Assembly: GCA_963806225.1 (NCBI GenBank) | Contig: CAWDXG010000004.1 | Coordinates: 4,704,001-4,768,000, forward strand | Source: an uncultured delta proteobacterium | GTDB taxonomy: Bacteria; Myxococcota_A; Polyangia; Polyangiales; Polyangiaceae | DNA length: 64,000 bases | Direction: 5' to 3' | In this document: piece by piece, positions 1-8,835 of the stretch | How positions within the stretch are numbered: position 1 is the first letter of the stretch | How the letters are laid out: every line of letters begins with the position of its first letter | Program-made: the position numbers and the translations under genes | Notes under the pieces: generated by a model | What the model saw: the letters and a program-made list of their open reading frames with translations, nothing else | The model's database searches: none | What the model was told of the DNA's origin: nothing

Positions 1-1053
1 GGGGCGCTCGAAGCCGGGCCTGCCCCGGGCGGGGCGCTCGCCGATTCGAGCCGCGACACGGCGCGGGCAACGAGCAACGCGGCCTCCTCGGAGGAGAGGG
101 CCAGGTGCAGGTGGACTTCGTGGGGCTCGGTCGAGATACGCATGCGTTTCGCGAGAATCCGTTCCGAGCTCGCGGCGGAGTAGCGGGCCGACCGTGGTGT
201 GCCCCAGGTCCTCCAGCAGTGCCGCGACCGCCTGGCACGCCGCGGTCTTCGCGCAGCCGACCACCGCGCGCGCTTCCACGCGCGGCGAGACATCCACCGC
301 GAGCGCCGCGGCGCGCACCCTCGACAGCGGCGAAAGCCGTGACAGGTCGCTGCCGCTCAGCTGCTCCAACCAGTCGGAGGGCAGGACCCACGTGGCCACC
401 AGTGTGCTGTGCTCGCCGACCGAGCGTCTGAGCACGGCGTGCAGCTTGTCGCGGCGCTCGCTCGGCCCCTGCTTGTCGCTCGCATCGACCATCGCGCGCA
501 GGTAGCTTCCGCCACCGAGCAGGACGGGGCCGCCGTCGCGCACGGCCAGTTCACCGCCCGTGTGGCGGCGGTCGCGGATGTCGATGAACGATCCCAGCCG
601 GGTCTCCACTGGGCTGCCGCCGCGTCGTTCGATCACGCGCGAGGCGCACGCGGCGATGCGCTTGGCGGAGAAATCGCCGGTCGCCACGATGCCGAAATCG
701 CGCGGCTCGCCCCGGTCGGCCGAGGCGGGCACGCCAATCGCCAGCTCGCGGATCTCGAGCGTCGGATCGAAGCCGCACACGTCGTCGAGCCGTCCGACCC
801 CCGGCAGCTCGCGGCCCTTGCCAGCGAGCACGGCGCCGACGGGGCTCTGCCTGAGCCGCACGAGGTCGACCGTCGCGACGAAGGCGTTGTCCGCCGGCAG
901 CGCGTCGAGCGCGGAGAGCCCAGGGCGGACAGGAGTTCCGGGCGTCCGCTTCCCGAGAACGAACACGGTCACCGCGATCGCGATGAGCCCCAGCAACGTG
1001 AGCCCATGCAACGTACGCAGGCTCACCCCGCTCTCGCGCCCGGCGTTCTCCAT
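1..1053 (-). CDS. Hypothetical membrane-anchored protein, partial (runs off the left edge; probable frameshift near 157)
   Basis: Minus frame from ATG 1053 reads MENAGRESGVSLRTLHGLTLLGLIAIAVTVFVLG...ATVDLVRLRQSP...CGFDP; protein-like reading resumes after a 1-nt shift (LAKRMRISTEPHEVHLHL). Absent from the track because no stop lies in the window. Confidence 0.7.
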   Translation of the reverse strand, partial: MENAGRESGVSLRTLHGLTLLGLIAIAVTVFVLGKRTPGTPVRPGLSALDALPADNAFVATVDLVRLRQSPVGAVLAGKGRELPGVGRLDDVCGFDPTLEIRELAIGVPASADRGEPRDFGIVATGDFSAKRIAACASRVIERRGGSPVETRLGSFIDIRDRRHTGGELAVRDGGPVLLGGGSYLRAMVDASDKQGPSERRDKLHAVLRRSVGEHSTLVATWVLPSDWLEQLSGSDLSRLSPLSRVRAAALAVDVSPRVEARAVVGCAKTAACQAVAALLEDLGHTTVGPLLRRELGTDSRETHAYLDRAPRSPPAPGPLLRGGRVARCPRRVAARIGERPARGRPGFERP

Positions 1054-1098
1054 CTCGTGACCCGCGTCAGCATACGAGCGATCGCGGATCGGAGCGAA

Positions 1099-1383
1099 CT
1101 AGTCCGTCGTGTCGTCCTGGCGCCGGCCGTCGTTGTGGCGGCGCCCCTCGGGGCGGGGCGGGAAGATCCGGCGGTCCAGTGGGGCGCGGCGGGAGATCAG
1201 CGAGCGCTTCCCGTGGGGTTCGGGGAACAGAGCGCGTAGCTCCTCGAGGCTGCCGGCACCGGAGAGCTGGTACTCCGCGGCGTGCTCGTCGCACAGCGCG
1301 ACGATGCGTTCGTCCACCAGAACCCGACGGATCCGGTTCGTGGCCGTCGGCGCGCGGCCGCAGGCCTCGCAGGTCGTTGACAT
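1099..1383 (-). CDS. Small hypothetical protein with CxxC...CxxH zinc-binding-like motif
   Basis: MSTTCEACGR...ALCDEHAAEY; co-oriented between gshB and the first gene. Confidence 0.65.
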   Translation of the reverse strand: MSTTCEACGRAPTATNRIRRVLVDERIVALCDEHAAEYQLSGAGSLEELRALFPEPHGKRSLISRRAPLDRRIFPPRPEGRRHNDGRRQDDTTD

Positions 1384-1431
1384 GTGCCCAAGCTGGCTCT
1401 GCCGCTGCCGCCGGGCCAAGTTTTCCGGGGC

Positions 1432-2370
1432 TCAGCGCGCCGCCCGCTGCTCGACCCATTCGACGACCCTGCCGGCCGGGTCGCCCCCGTCGAATTGCCC
1501 CAGTTCCTGGATGCCCGTCGGGCTGGTCACGTTGACCTCGATGAGCCTGCCGCCGATCAGGTCGAGCCCCACGAACCAAAGCCCGTAGTCGCGCAGGCTG
1601 CCGCCGATGTACCGTACCAGCGCCTCTTCCTCGTCGGTGAGCCGGGTCTGCTTCACCATGCCTCCGACGTGGATGTTGGCGCGGATGTCGTCCTCGCGCG
1701 GCACCCGCAGGATCGCGCCCAGCGGCTCGCCGTCCAGCATCAGGACGCGCTTGTCGCCTTGGCGCACGCCCGGATGGAACTCCTGCAGCAGAGCGAGCTC
1801 CTGCCCCTCGTGCGTCAGAAGGTCGATGAGCGCGCGCGTGTTGCGGTCGCCGCGCTCGAGCGCGACCACGCCGCTCCCGCCCGCGCCGTCCAGTGGCTTG
1901 AGCACCGCCTTGCCGCCCACTTCCTCCAGGAACTGGAGCATGCGCGCCGGGTCCGCCGTTACCAGCGAGCGCGGCATGTACTGGGAGAAGTGGAAGGCGA
2001 ACAGCTTCTCGTTCGCGTCCCGCAGCCCGCGCGGGTCGTTGAGCACGAGCGTCCGGGCTTTCACCAGGTCGAGCTGCTGTGTCAGGTGCACGTACTCCGC
2101 GTCGAAGGGTGGATCCTTGCGGATGAACACCGCGTCCAGCGCCTCGAGCCCGACGACCTGGGCCTCACCCAGCGTGCTGTGCGGCGGCGTGTCGCTGACC
2201 GCTATCGCGCGCGCCTTCGCCGACACGTCCTGTCCGATGTTGAACACGTCGATCGCCAGGCAGTGCAGGCACTCGTGCCCGCGCGCCTGGGCCGCGCGGA
2301 TGAACGCGAAGCTCGTGTCCTTGTCGGGCAGCATCTTCTCGGGTGGGTCCATCACGAACAGAAAGCGCAC
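1432..2370 (-). CDS. gshB: Glutathione synthetase
   Basis: GTG start, RFLFVMDP...KDTS, IRKDPPFD, RDANEK, KPLDGAGG, GDKR, RANIHVGG, FVGLDLIG, EVNVTSPTG; 312 aa. Confidence 0.96.
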   Translation of the reverse strand: MRFLFVMDPPEKMLPDKDTSFAFIRAAQARGHECLHCLAIDVFNIGQDVSAKARAIAVSDTPPHSTLGEAQVVGLEALDAVFIRKDPPFDAEYVHLTQQLDLVKARTLVLNDPRGLRDANEKLFAFHFSQYMPRSLVTADPARMLQFLEEVGGKAVLKPLDGAGGSGVVALERGDRNTRALIDLLTHEGQELALLQEFHPGVRQGDKRVLMLDGEPLGAILRVPREDDIRANIHVGGMVKQTRLTDEEEALVRYIGGSLRDYGLWFVGLDLIGGRLIEVNVTSPTGIQELGQFDGGDPAGRVVEWVEQRAAR

Positions 2371-2466
2371 GGTCCAGGCTCCTCGCGTTTTGCCCATCGT
2401 AGGGTTGCGGGACCGGATCCGCCATGGTCCCGGCAGCGCGGCATCCGTGATACGAACAAGGCGCCC

Positions 2467-4149
2467 ATGCGCGTTAGTCCGTCTCCGCCCCGTACCTGGC
2501 GTTCCACTGCTCCCCTGCTGGTCGCGATCGGCCTGGCGCTCGCGCTGGTCGGTCTGGCCCCGACGCTGCAGGCCCAGGCCGCCGGCCGCGCGGCCGCGGC
2601 TACAGAGAATCCGCTCGCGACCCGCGCGGCGATCGCCCAGATGCGCGCCGGCGGAAACGCCATCGACGCCGCCGTGACCGCCGCCCTGGTCGGCGGAGTG
2701 GTGAGCCCGGTCTCGAGCGGGATCGGCGGCGGTGGATTCGCCCTGGTCTGGGACGCCACGAAGAAGCAGCCGTTCCTGATCGATTTCCGCGAGATGGCGC
2801 CCCGGGGCATCGACGTGGCGGCCTACGAGAAGCGCCCCTTCCCGCTCGCCCAGGGCGGGCGCTACACCGGCGTTCCCGGCGAGCTCCGTGGCCTCTACGA
2901 GCTGCACCGCCGCTTCGGCAAGCAGAAGTGGGCCGACGACGTCGCGCCGGCCATCAAGCTCGCGAAGCTCGGATTCCCGGTGGAACGCCACGTCGCGGAG
3001 ATGCTTCGCTACTTCTCCGGGAAGCTGAAGCAGGACCCGGGTATTGCGAGCGTATTCTTTCCCGGCGGCAAACCGGCCGCGGCCGGGCGCCGCGTGAAGA
3101 ATCCGAAGCTCGCCGCCACGCTGGAACGCGTCGCCATCGACGGGCCGAAGGCGCTCTACACGGGGCCGGTTGCCGACGACCTGGTCAAGGCGGCGCACGC
3201 GCACAGCGGCTCGCTGTCGCTCGCCGATCTCGCGGCGTACAAGCCGGTCGTGCGGACGCCCATCCACGTCAAGTGGGAGGGCTACGACGTGTACACGATG
3301 TCGCTGCCGTCCGCGGGTGGCATGATGCTGGCGCAGACGCTCCGGATGTATCCACGCGCCTACCTGAAGAAGCTCGGCTTCAACAGCGGCGCCTACCAGC
3401 ACATGATCGCCGAGGCGCTGCGCGCGTCGATCTCCGACCGCATGCGCTTCCTGGGCGATCCGGCGTTCCAGAAGGTCGACATGAACGCGCTCATCTCGCC
3501 CGAGCGCATGAAGAAGCGCCGCGCGCGTATCGCGCTCGACCGCACCCACGCCATCCCGCGCTTCGACCTCGACGAGCACGGCACGCACCACCTGGTTACG
3601 GCCGACGCGGCGGGCAACGTGGTGTCGCTGACCACAACGGTGAACACCGTGTTCGGCGCGAAGTACACCGGCGCCGACAGCGGCGTGGTGCTCAACGACG
3701 AGATGAACGACTTCACCAAGTCGAAGGACGTGGCGCCGTTCGGCCTGAAACAGAGCCCGAACCGCCCGCGCCCCGGTGCGCGGCCTATCTCCAGCATGAC
3801 GCCGACGATCGTCGTCAAGGACGGCCGCGCGGTGCTCGCGTTGGGCGGCTCGGGCGGCACGACGATCGCGACGAACGTCACGCAGATGGTGCTGTCGGTG
3901 CTGGTGTTCGGTCACACACCCACGCAAGCGCTGGCCGCGCGCCGCTTCTACACGCCGACGCACGGTCGGACCATGCTGCTGGAGAAGGGCGTCCCGGCGC
4001 AGGTCGTGAAGGACCTCGGCTGGCGCGGCGAGATCGTCGGCAACATGCCGTTTACGAGTAGCGCGGTGCAGATGATCGCGACCGACAGGAACGGCGCGAA
4101 GCACCCGGCGGCCGATCCACGCAAGCACGGCAGCGCCTTGGCGCGCTAG
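2467..4149 (+). CDS. ggt: Gamma-glutamyltransferase, secreted
   Basis: Signal peptide; GGNAIDAAV, SGIGGGGF, IDFRE, catalytic Thr in GTHH, LNDEMNDF, ISSMTP, GGSGG, ADPRK. Confidence 0.95.
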   Translation: MRVSPSPPRTWRSTAPLLVAIGLALALVGLAPTLQAQAAGRAAAATENPLATRAAIAQMRAGGNAIDAAVTAALVGGVVSPVSSGIGGGGFALVWDATKKQPFLIDFREMAPRGIDVAAYEKRPFPLAQGGRYTGVPGELRGLYELHRRFGKQKWADDVAPAIKLAKLGFPVERHVAEMLRYFSGKLKQDPGIASVFFPGGKPAAAGRRVKNPKLAATLERVAIDGPKALYTGPVADDLVKAAHAHSGSLSLADLAAYKPVVRTPIHVKWEGYDVYTMSLPSAGGMMLAQTLRMYPRAYLKKLGFNSGAYQHMIAEALRASISDRMRFLGDPAFQKVDMNALISPERMKKRRARIALDRTHAIPRFDLDEHGTHHLVTADAAGNVVSLTTTVNTVFGAKYTGADSGVVLNDEMNDFTKSKDVAPFGLKQSPNRPRPGARPISSMTPTIVVKDGRAVLALGGSGGTTIATNVTQMVLSVLVFGHTPTQALAARRFYTPTHGRTMLLEKGVPAQVVKDLGWRGEIVGNMPFTSSAVQMIATDRNGAKHPAADPRKHGSALAR

Positions 4150-4402
4150 GGCTGCTCCCCAACGGGGGACGACGCGGGCGCGACCGTCCGTGCTCGCTTC
4201 GCTGCGCGCGGCCGGGGTCCCCCAAGGCGCGGCTCCGCCGCACGGGGGTCCCGCACGAGCGAGTGCGAGCGCGTGGGCGGGTCCGGCCGCTCGTGGCTCT
4301 CTCGGGATGCCGCCGTGCTCGGAGCTGTCCAGGCCGGGGATTGCGCATGTGCGCGCTCCGCCGGCGCGGCCCCGCGGGGCGGCTTGGTGCTACAGTCGCC
4401 CT

Positions 4403-4597
4403 ATGGCGGCGGAGGACGACGTGCAGGTCCAGCGGCTGCGCAGGATGACCTATGCGGAGCGATGGCGGGCCGCGAAAGCGCTCGATGCGTCGGCGCGTCG
4501 GCTCAAGGCCGCGTACCTCCGCCAGCTGCACCCGGATTGGACGGAGGCGGAGGTACAATGCGAGGTCCGCCGCGCCTTCATGTATGTCCACGACTGA
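4403..4597 (+). CDS. Small basic protein (64 aa), possible partner of the downstream nucleotidyltransferase
   Basis: MAAEDDVQVQRLRRMTYAERW...LRQLHPDWTEAEV; overlaps the next gene by 14 nt. Confidence 0.7.
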   Translation: MAAEDDVQVQRLRRMTYAERWRAAKALDASARRLKAAYLRQLHPDWTEAEVQCEVRRAFMYVHD

Positions 4598-5162
4598 CGC
4601 GCTTTCCGCTGACCTGTTCCTCCTCTACGCGGAGAAGCTTGGCGCGCTCGGCTTGCGGTACATGGTGACCGGCAGCGTCGCGGGAATGCTGTACGGCGAG
4701 CCTCGCATTACGCACGACGTCGACATTGTCGTCGCGCTTGTGCCGAACGACGTCCAGCGTTTCGCGGCAGCATTTCCCATCGACGAGTTCTACTGTCCGC
4801 CCGAGGAAGTCCTGCTCGAGGAAAGCCTCCGGCCCCAACGCGGCCACTTCAATCTCATCCACCACGAGAGCGGGTTCAAGGCCGACATCTACATTGCCAG
4901 TCGCGACCCGCTCCACCGCTGGGCGCTTTCGGAGCGCCGCGCCATCGAGTTGGAAGGCGGTCAGGTGTGGCTCGCGCCGCCGGAGTACGTCATCGTCCGG
5001 AAGCTCGAGTTCTTCCGCGAAGGCGGCTCGGAAAAGCATCTCCGCGACATCGCGGCTATCCTCCGCGTATCCGGTGCGCTCGTGCGCACGGAAGTCGTGG
5101 AAGAGTGGACGGCGCGCTTCGGCCTTGCCGCAGAATGGCAGCGCGCGCGCCAGACGGACTAG
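4584..5162 (+). CDS. Pol-beta-fold nucleotidyltransferase
   Basis: YMVTGSVA..YGEPRITHDVDIVV (GS...DxD), PEYVIVRKL, SEKHLRDI. Confidence 0.85.
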   Translation: MSTTDALSADLFLLYAEKLGALGLRYMVTGSVAGMLYGEPRITHDVDIVVALVPNDVQRFAAAFPIDEFYCPPEEVLLEESLRPQRGHFNLIHHESGFKADIYIASRDPLHRWALSERRAIELEGGQVWLAPPEYVIVRKLEFFREGGSEKHLRDIAAILRVSGALVRTEVVEEWTARFGLAAEWQRARQTD

Positions 5163-5215
5163 CGACGCCCGCTACCATCGCGCGCTGCGCTGCGGTGTTC
5201 GCCGCGCCGCAGCCG

Positions 5216-6052
5216 CTACCGGATCGACGCGACCAGCTCGGCGCTCTCGCGGTCGTTCAGGTCGCTGGCGACGGCGTAGCCGACGCCCCGGCGCTCCACG
5301 GCGGCGATCGAATAGCCGTGGCGGTTGCCGACGTAGACGGGCACGTTGCGCACGACGCGCGGCTCGAGCGTGACGCGCAGCGGGAAGCGGTGCGAGTTGT
5401 AGACGTAGAGGGTGACGCGGTGGCCGTCGAGCTTGTAGCGGAGCGAGGCGGCACGCTGGTTGTGCACGGGCACGATGCTGCCGCCCACCCAGTGCGCGCC
5501 GTACTGCTGCAGGCTCGGCAGCCTGACGGGCACGCCCACGGCGCGATCGAAGCGCAGCACCTGCGACGGCTCGGTGACCTGCGGCGGCGGATCGTCGGCG
5601 TGGTAGTTGACGAACTCGTCGATCAGCTGCTCGACGTTGGCCGTCGTGCTGCTGGCGAGGCTCGCCTCGTCGTTTGCGTTCTGCTGCGGACGCGGCGGAG
5701 TGCTGACGGAGGCCGCCCACACCAGGATGAACGCGGCAGCCGCCGCGATCGGCATGATCGCGCGCCAGGGAAGCACGCGGTTGTGCTCGTCGAAGCTCGC
5801 TTCGACGAGCTCCTCGCGCTCGCGCTCGGCGGCCAGCGCATTGCGGATGCGGGCCGAGAGCGCGGCGGACGGCTGCGCGTCGTCACGGACGGCGCGTCGC
5901 GTGCTGACCTGCATCGCCTGGACCAACCGGACCCGCTCGCAGCACAGCTCGCACTCGGCCAGATGCTGTTCGAGCTCGAGGACCTTGCTGGCCTTCAGCT
6001 CGCCATCGACAAAGGTTTCGATCAGAGGCAGGACGCGACGACAGGCGTTCAT
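5216..6052 (-). CDS. Zinc-binding (ZAS/zf-HC2) transmembrane anti-sigma factor
   Basis: FVDGEL...HLAECELC (HxxxCxxC), one TM helix, periplasmic domain; 4-nt overlap with the sigma gene stop. Confidence 0.9.
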   Translation of the reverse strand: MNACRRVLPLIETFVDGELKASKVLELEQHLAECELCCERVRLVQAMQVSTRRAVRDDAQPSAALSARIRNALAAEREREELVEASFDEHNRVLPWRAIMPIAAAAAFILVWAASVSTPPRPQQNANDEASLASSTTANVEQLIDEFVNYHADDPPPQVTEPSQVLRFDRAVGVPVRLPSLQQYGAHWVGGSIVPVHNQRAASLRYKLDGHRVTLYVYNSHRFPLRVTLEPRVVRNVPVYVGNRHGYSIAAVERRGVGYAVASDLNDRESAELVASIR

Positions 6053-6762
6053 CCCACTGCCCCTTTCTTCTCGCGGTACTCGTTCAGGTCGACGGGGGCG
6101 GGCGCGTCGTCCTTCTGCGCGTCGTCCTTCTGCGCGTCGTCCTTCTGCGCGTCGTCCTTGTTGCCGACGACCGGCTCCGGGCTCACGATGCCCATAGCCA
6201 AAGCGTGCTCGTACAGGCGCGACTTGAGCAGACGCCGCCCGCGATGCAGCCGCGACATCACCGTGCCGATCGGGCAGCCCATGATGTCGGCAATCTCGCG
6301 GTAGGACAGCTCTTCGACGTCGGCCAGGAGCACGGCGAGCCGGAACTCGTCCGGTAGCTCCTCGAGCGCTTCGTTGATCTCGGCTTCGAGCACGGGACGC
6401 AACGCCAGTGACTCGGGATCGCGCATCGCCTCCATCGTGGCGGTGCCGACCCAGCCATCCGCTAGCGGGTCTGCGTCCGGCCCCTCCAGCACGCTCTTTT
6501 CCAGCCCGCCGCGGCGGTAGCGGTTGATGAACGTGTTCGTGAGGATGCGCAGCAGCCAGGCGCGCATGTTGGTGCCCGCCTCGAACTGGTGACGGGCCCG
6601 CATCGCCTTGACGAAGGTGTCCTGGACTAGATCCTCGGCCTCGGACGGGTTCTTGGTCAGCCGCGTACCGACGGCGAGCAGCGCGCCGAGGTGGCTCAGC
6701 GCTTCCTGCTCGAAGTCCTGGCTGGCGGCGGCTTGATTATGGCTTTTCTGGTTGCGGCGCAC
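6049..6762 (-). CDS. ECF sigma-70 factor (SigR/SigH-like)
   Basis: AEDLVQDTF, GTNMRAWLLRILTNTFINRYR, LSYREIADIMGCPIGTVMSRLHRGR; GTG 6762 with AGAGG RBS is preferred over the track start at 6789. Confidence 0.93.
   Translation of the reverse strand: MRRNQKSHNQAAASQDFEQEALSHLGALLAVGTRLTKNPSEAEDLVQDTFVKAMRARHQFEAGTNMRAWLLRILTNTFINRYRRGGLEKSVLEGPDADPLADGWVGTATMEAMRDPESLALRPVLEAEINEALEELPDEFRLAVLLADVEELSYREIADIMGCPIGTVMSRLHRGRRLLKSRLYEHALAMGIVSPEPVVGNKDDAQKDDAQKDDAQKDDAPAPVDLNEYREKKGAVG
6102..6159 (-). repeat. 15-bp tandem repeat (~3.9 copies) encoding KDDAQ in the sigma C-terminus
   Basis: GCGCGTCGTCCTTCT at 6102, 6117, 6132 and partial at 6147. Confidence 0.9.
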
Positions 6763-6787
6763 TGGGGGACCTCTGCTTTGCCCGGAC

Positions 6788-6813
6788 AACCCCCAGAATA
6801 TAGGGCTTATTCC
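6788..6813 (-). promoter_or_regulatory. SigR/SigH-type promoter GGAAT-N18-GTT upstream of the sigma gene
   Basis: Minus strand GGAAT aagccctatattctgggg GTTG, 26 nt before the GTG start. Confidence 0.7.
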
Positions 6814-7421
6814 TTGGGTGCGCCGCTCCCGCCCTCGCCGAGCCGCTTCTCGAGTGCGTCCAGCCGTTCGGACAGCCGTTTGACGTCGTTCTGCAGCTCG
6901 CGGAACATGGAAAAGTTCGGCAATACCGCGCGGATACGCTCGTCGATCTTGTTCTGGAACTGCTCCAGCGTTGCGCGGAACCCCTTGTGCTGGGCATCCT
7001 TGCTCTGGTTCAAGTCGTCCTCCTCGTCCTCTGGCGCGATCGGGATATGGATCTCCCCCTCGAGCTGGCCCTGCGGCATCAGCCGCCCGATCGGTCCTTC
7101 CCGGAGCTGCGTGAGGATCTTCTCCCCGCGCTGCCGGATCAGGAACTTGAGCGTGGCGAGCGGGATCCCCCGGGGGCGCGCTTTCAGCTCTTCCGAGATG
7201 ATCAGCGCCAGCGTCACGTCGGTCTTGTCTTCCTTGGTGGCGTTGTCGATGATCTGGACTTCTTCGCCCTCGCGCACCATGTCCGCGATCTGCAATAGCG
7301 TGACGTAGCGGCTGTCCTTGGTGTCGTACAGCTTGCGGTTCGAATACCGCTTGATCACCCGCCGCTCGGCTGGCGGCTGCGATCCGGGCGGGATGCTGCT
7401 CTCCGAGCTATCAGTGACCAT
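6807..7421 (-). CDS. PhaR-type (PHA synthesis regulator) DNA-binding domain protein
   Basis: RVIKRYSNRKLYDTKDSRYVTL...IIDNATKEDKTDVTLALII; C-terminal coiled coil. Confidence 0.9.
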   Translation of the reverse strand: MVTDSSESSIPPGSQPPAERRVIKRYSNRKLYDTKDSRYVTLLQIADMVREGEEVQIIDNATKEDKTDVTLALIISEELKARPRGIPLATLKFLIRQRGEKILTQLREGPIGRLMPQGQLEGEIHIPIAPEDEEDDLNQSKDAQHKGFRATLEQFQNKIDERIRAVLPNFSMFRELQNDVKRLSERLDALEKRLGEGGSGAPKE

Positions 7422-7593
7422 GTGACCCTCTTGCCCCCGGTCCGGCGTCGCTTCGGCCGGTGTCGGTCCGGCCAGCGGTCCCGCGGGATCGGACCGATTT
7501 CATCGGCTCCGCTCTTCCCATGATGAGACCAAGAATGCTGCAAAGCGTCAAGGGACGCCAGGGGAATCGGAAGGCTATGAGGACCGCAGTATT

Positions 7594-8079
7594 CTACTGC
7601 GGCAGACCGGCCGCGATCCACGCCACGAGCTGGTCGCGCTCGGCGTTGGTCGGCTTCGGGCCGGTGCCGATCGGGAACTTCTCCGGCGGGGGGAACGACG
7701 CGCAACCCGCGAGCTTCGTCGTGGCCACGCCGCAGGCGATCTCGGCGTGGTCGCGCGTGATGTCGGTCATGCTGCTGTAGTCGCGGTTCGGGTCGCTCGA
7801 GTCGTGGCAACCGACGCAGTACTTGTCGAAGAAGCCCTTGGCGAAGCTCGCGTAGGTGTCGGCCTTGCCTGCGTCTCCCGGGGCTCCGCCCGCGCCGGAA
7901 CCCGCCGAACCGCCCGCTGCCGAGCCGCCCGCTGCCGAGCCGCCGGAGCCGCCGGAGCCGCCAGCGGCCGCACCGCCAGTGCCGGCGTTCCCTCCGCTGC
8001 CGCTGTTGTTGTTGCCGTTTCCGGAGGAACAGCCGAGAGCCAGGGTGGTCGCAAACAGAACCGGAAGGAACAAGCGCAT
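7594..8079 (-). CDS. Lipoprotein with a single c-type heme motif
   Basis: Lipobox LALGC, Gly-rich linker, CVGCH, C-terminal LVAWIAAG. Confidence 0.8.
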   Translation of the reverse strand: MRLFLPVLFATTLALGCSSGNGNNNSGSGGNAGTGGAAAGGSGGSGGSAAGGSAAGGSAGSGAGGAPGDAGKADTYASFAKGFFDKYCVGCHDSSDPNRDYSSMTDITRDHAEIACGVATTKLAGCASFPPPEKFPIGTGPKPTNAERDQLVAWIAAGLPQ

Positions 8080-8127
8080 GGCGCGAGCCTACCCGGCTTG
8101 CGCGACTTGTCCAATGTCAAGTCCTGC

Positions 8128-8682
8128 TCAGGCGGTGCGCAGCAGGGCCGACTCGTCGCTGCGCGCGTGGAGCTCCGAGTCGCACAGCTCCGCGACCATC
8201 TCCAGGAAGTCCTCGAAGCTGCTGCGGCGCAGGCCGATCTCGTTCACCCACGCGATCACCTCGAACTCGCCGTCGGCGTCGCTCACCGCGGGGTTGAACG
8301 CGAACAGCGTCGTCGCCTGCAGATCGATTCCAAACGGAATGAGCACACGGGGCCGGAACCGCGACGGCGGAGTGAGGTCGGCCACCGGCGTCTCCGCGGC
8401 GTCGAAGGTGGCGCGGGCCGCTTCCTCGTAGCAGCGCTTGCCGAGGTTGGCGGTGCCGAGCAGCGTTGCGCCCTCGAAGAAGCGCGGCCAGCCGTCGTGC
8501 TGGGCCAGGAAGGCGCGGTAGCTCGGCGGCAGCTCGCGTCCGAGGCGCTTCTCCGCCGCAGCAATCGCCACGCTCGATGCGGGCGGATTGGGCACGAGCC
8601 CGACATCGCGGAACGGCGCGATGCGCATGATCTCCGTCTGGTGCTGCCGGATGTCCTTCAGAAGCGTTTGCCACCTGGCCAT
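8128..8682 (-). CDS. SMI1/KNR4 (SUKH) family protein
   Basis: PPAS..AIAAAEKRLGRELPPSYRAFLAQHDG...IPFG...SFEDFL. Confidence 0.88.
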   Translation of the reverse strand: MARWQTLLKDIRQHQTEIMRIAPFRDVGLVPNPPASSVAIAAAEKRLGRELPPSYRAFLAQHDGWPRFFEGATLLGTANLGKRCYEEAARATFDAAETPVADLTPPSRFRPRVLIPFGIDLQATTLFAFNPAVSDADGEFEVIAWVNEIGLRRSSFEDFLEMVAELCDSELHARSDESALLRTA

Positions 8683-8835
8683 CGATACCTCGCTGTTCGA
8701 GCCGGGCTGAACCTACGCGCGGCATTGTGCGGGGGCCCAGAAAACGGCGGGTCCCGGGCGCTCGTGGATGCGCGCGCAGAGCGGGTATCGGTGTGGCCAG
8801 GAGCGGGGATCGGAGAGGTGGAGTAGGCTCGCGGC

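Noticed and set aside
1384..4149. 921-aa and 898-aa ORFs as ggt/gshB fusions
   Set aside because: Each N-terminal extension is the antisense of the divergent neighbour; real starts are 2467 and 2370
4150..4400. GC-rich intergenic stretch as a REP/MITE or ncRNA
   Set aside because: Only short imperfect inverted repeats, and I found no second copy in the window
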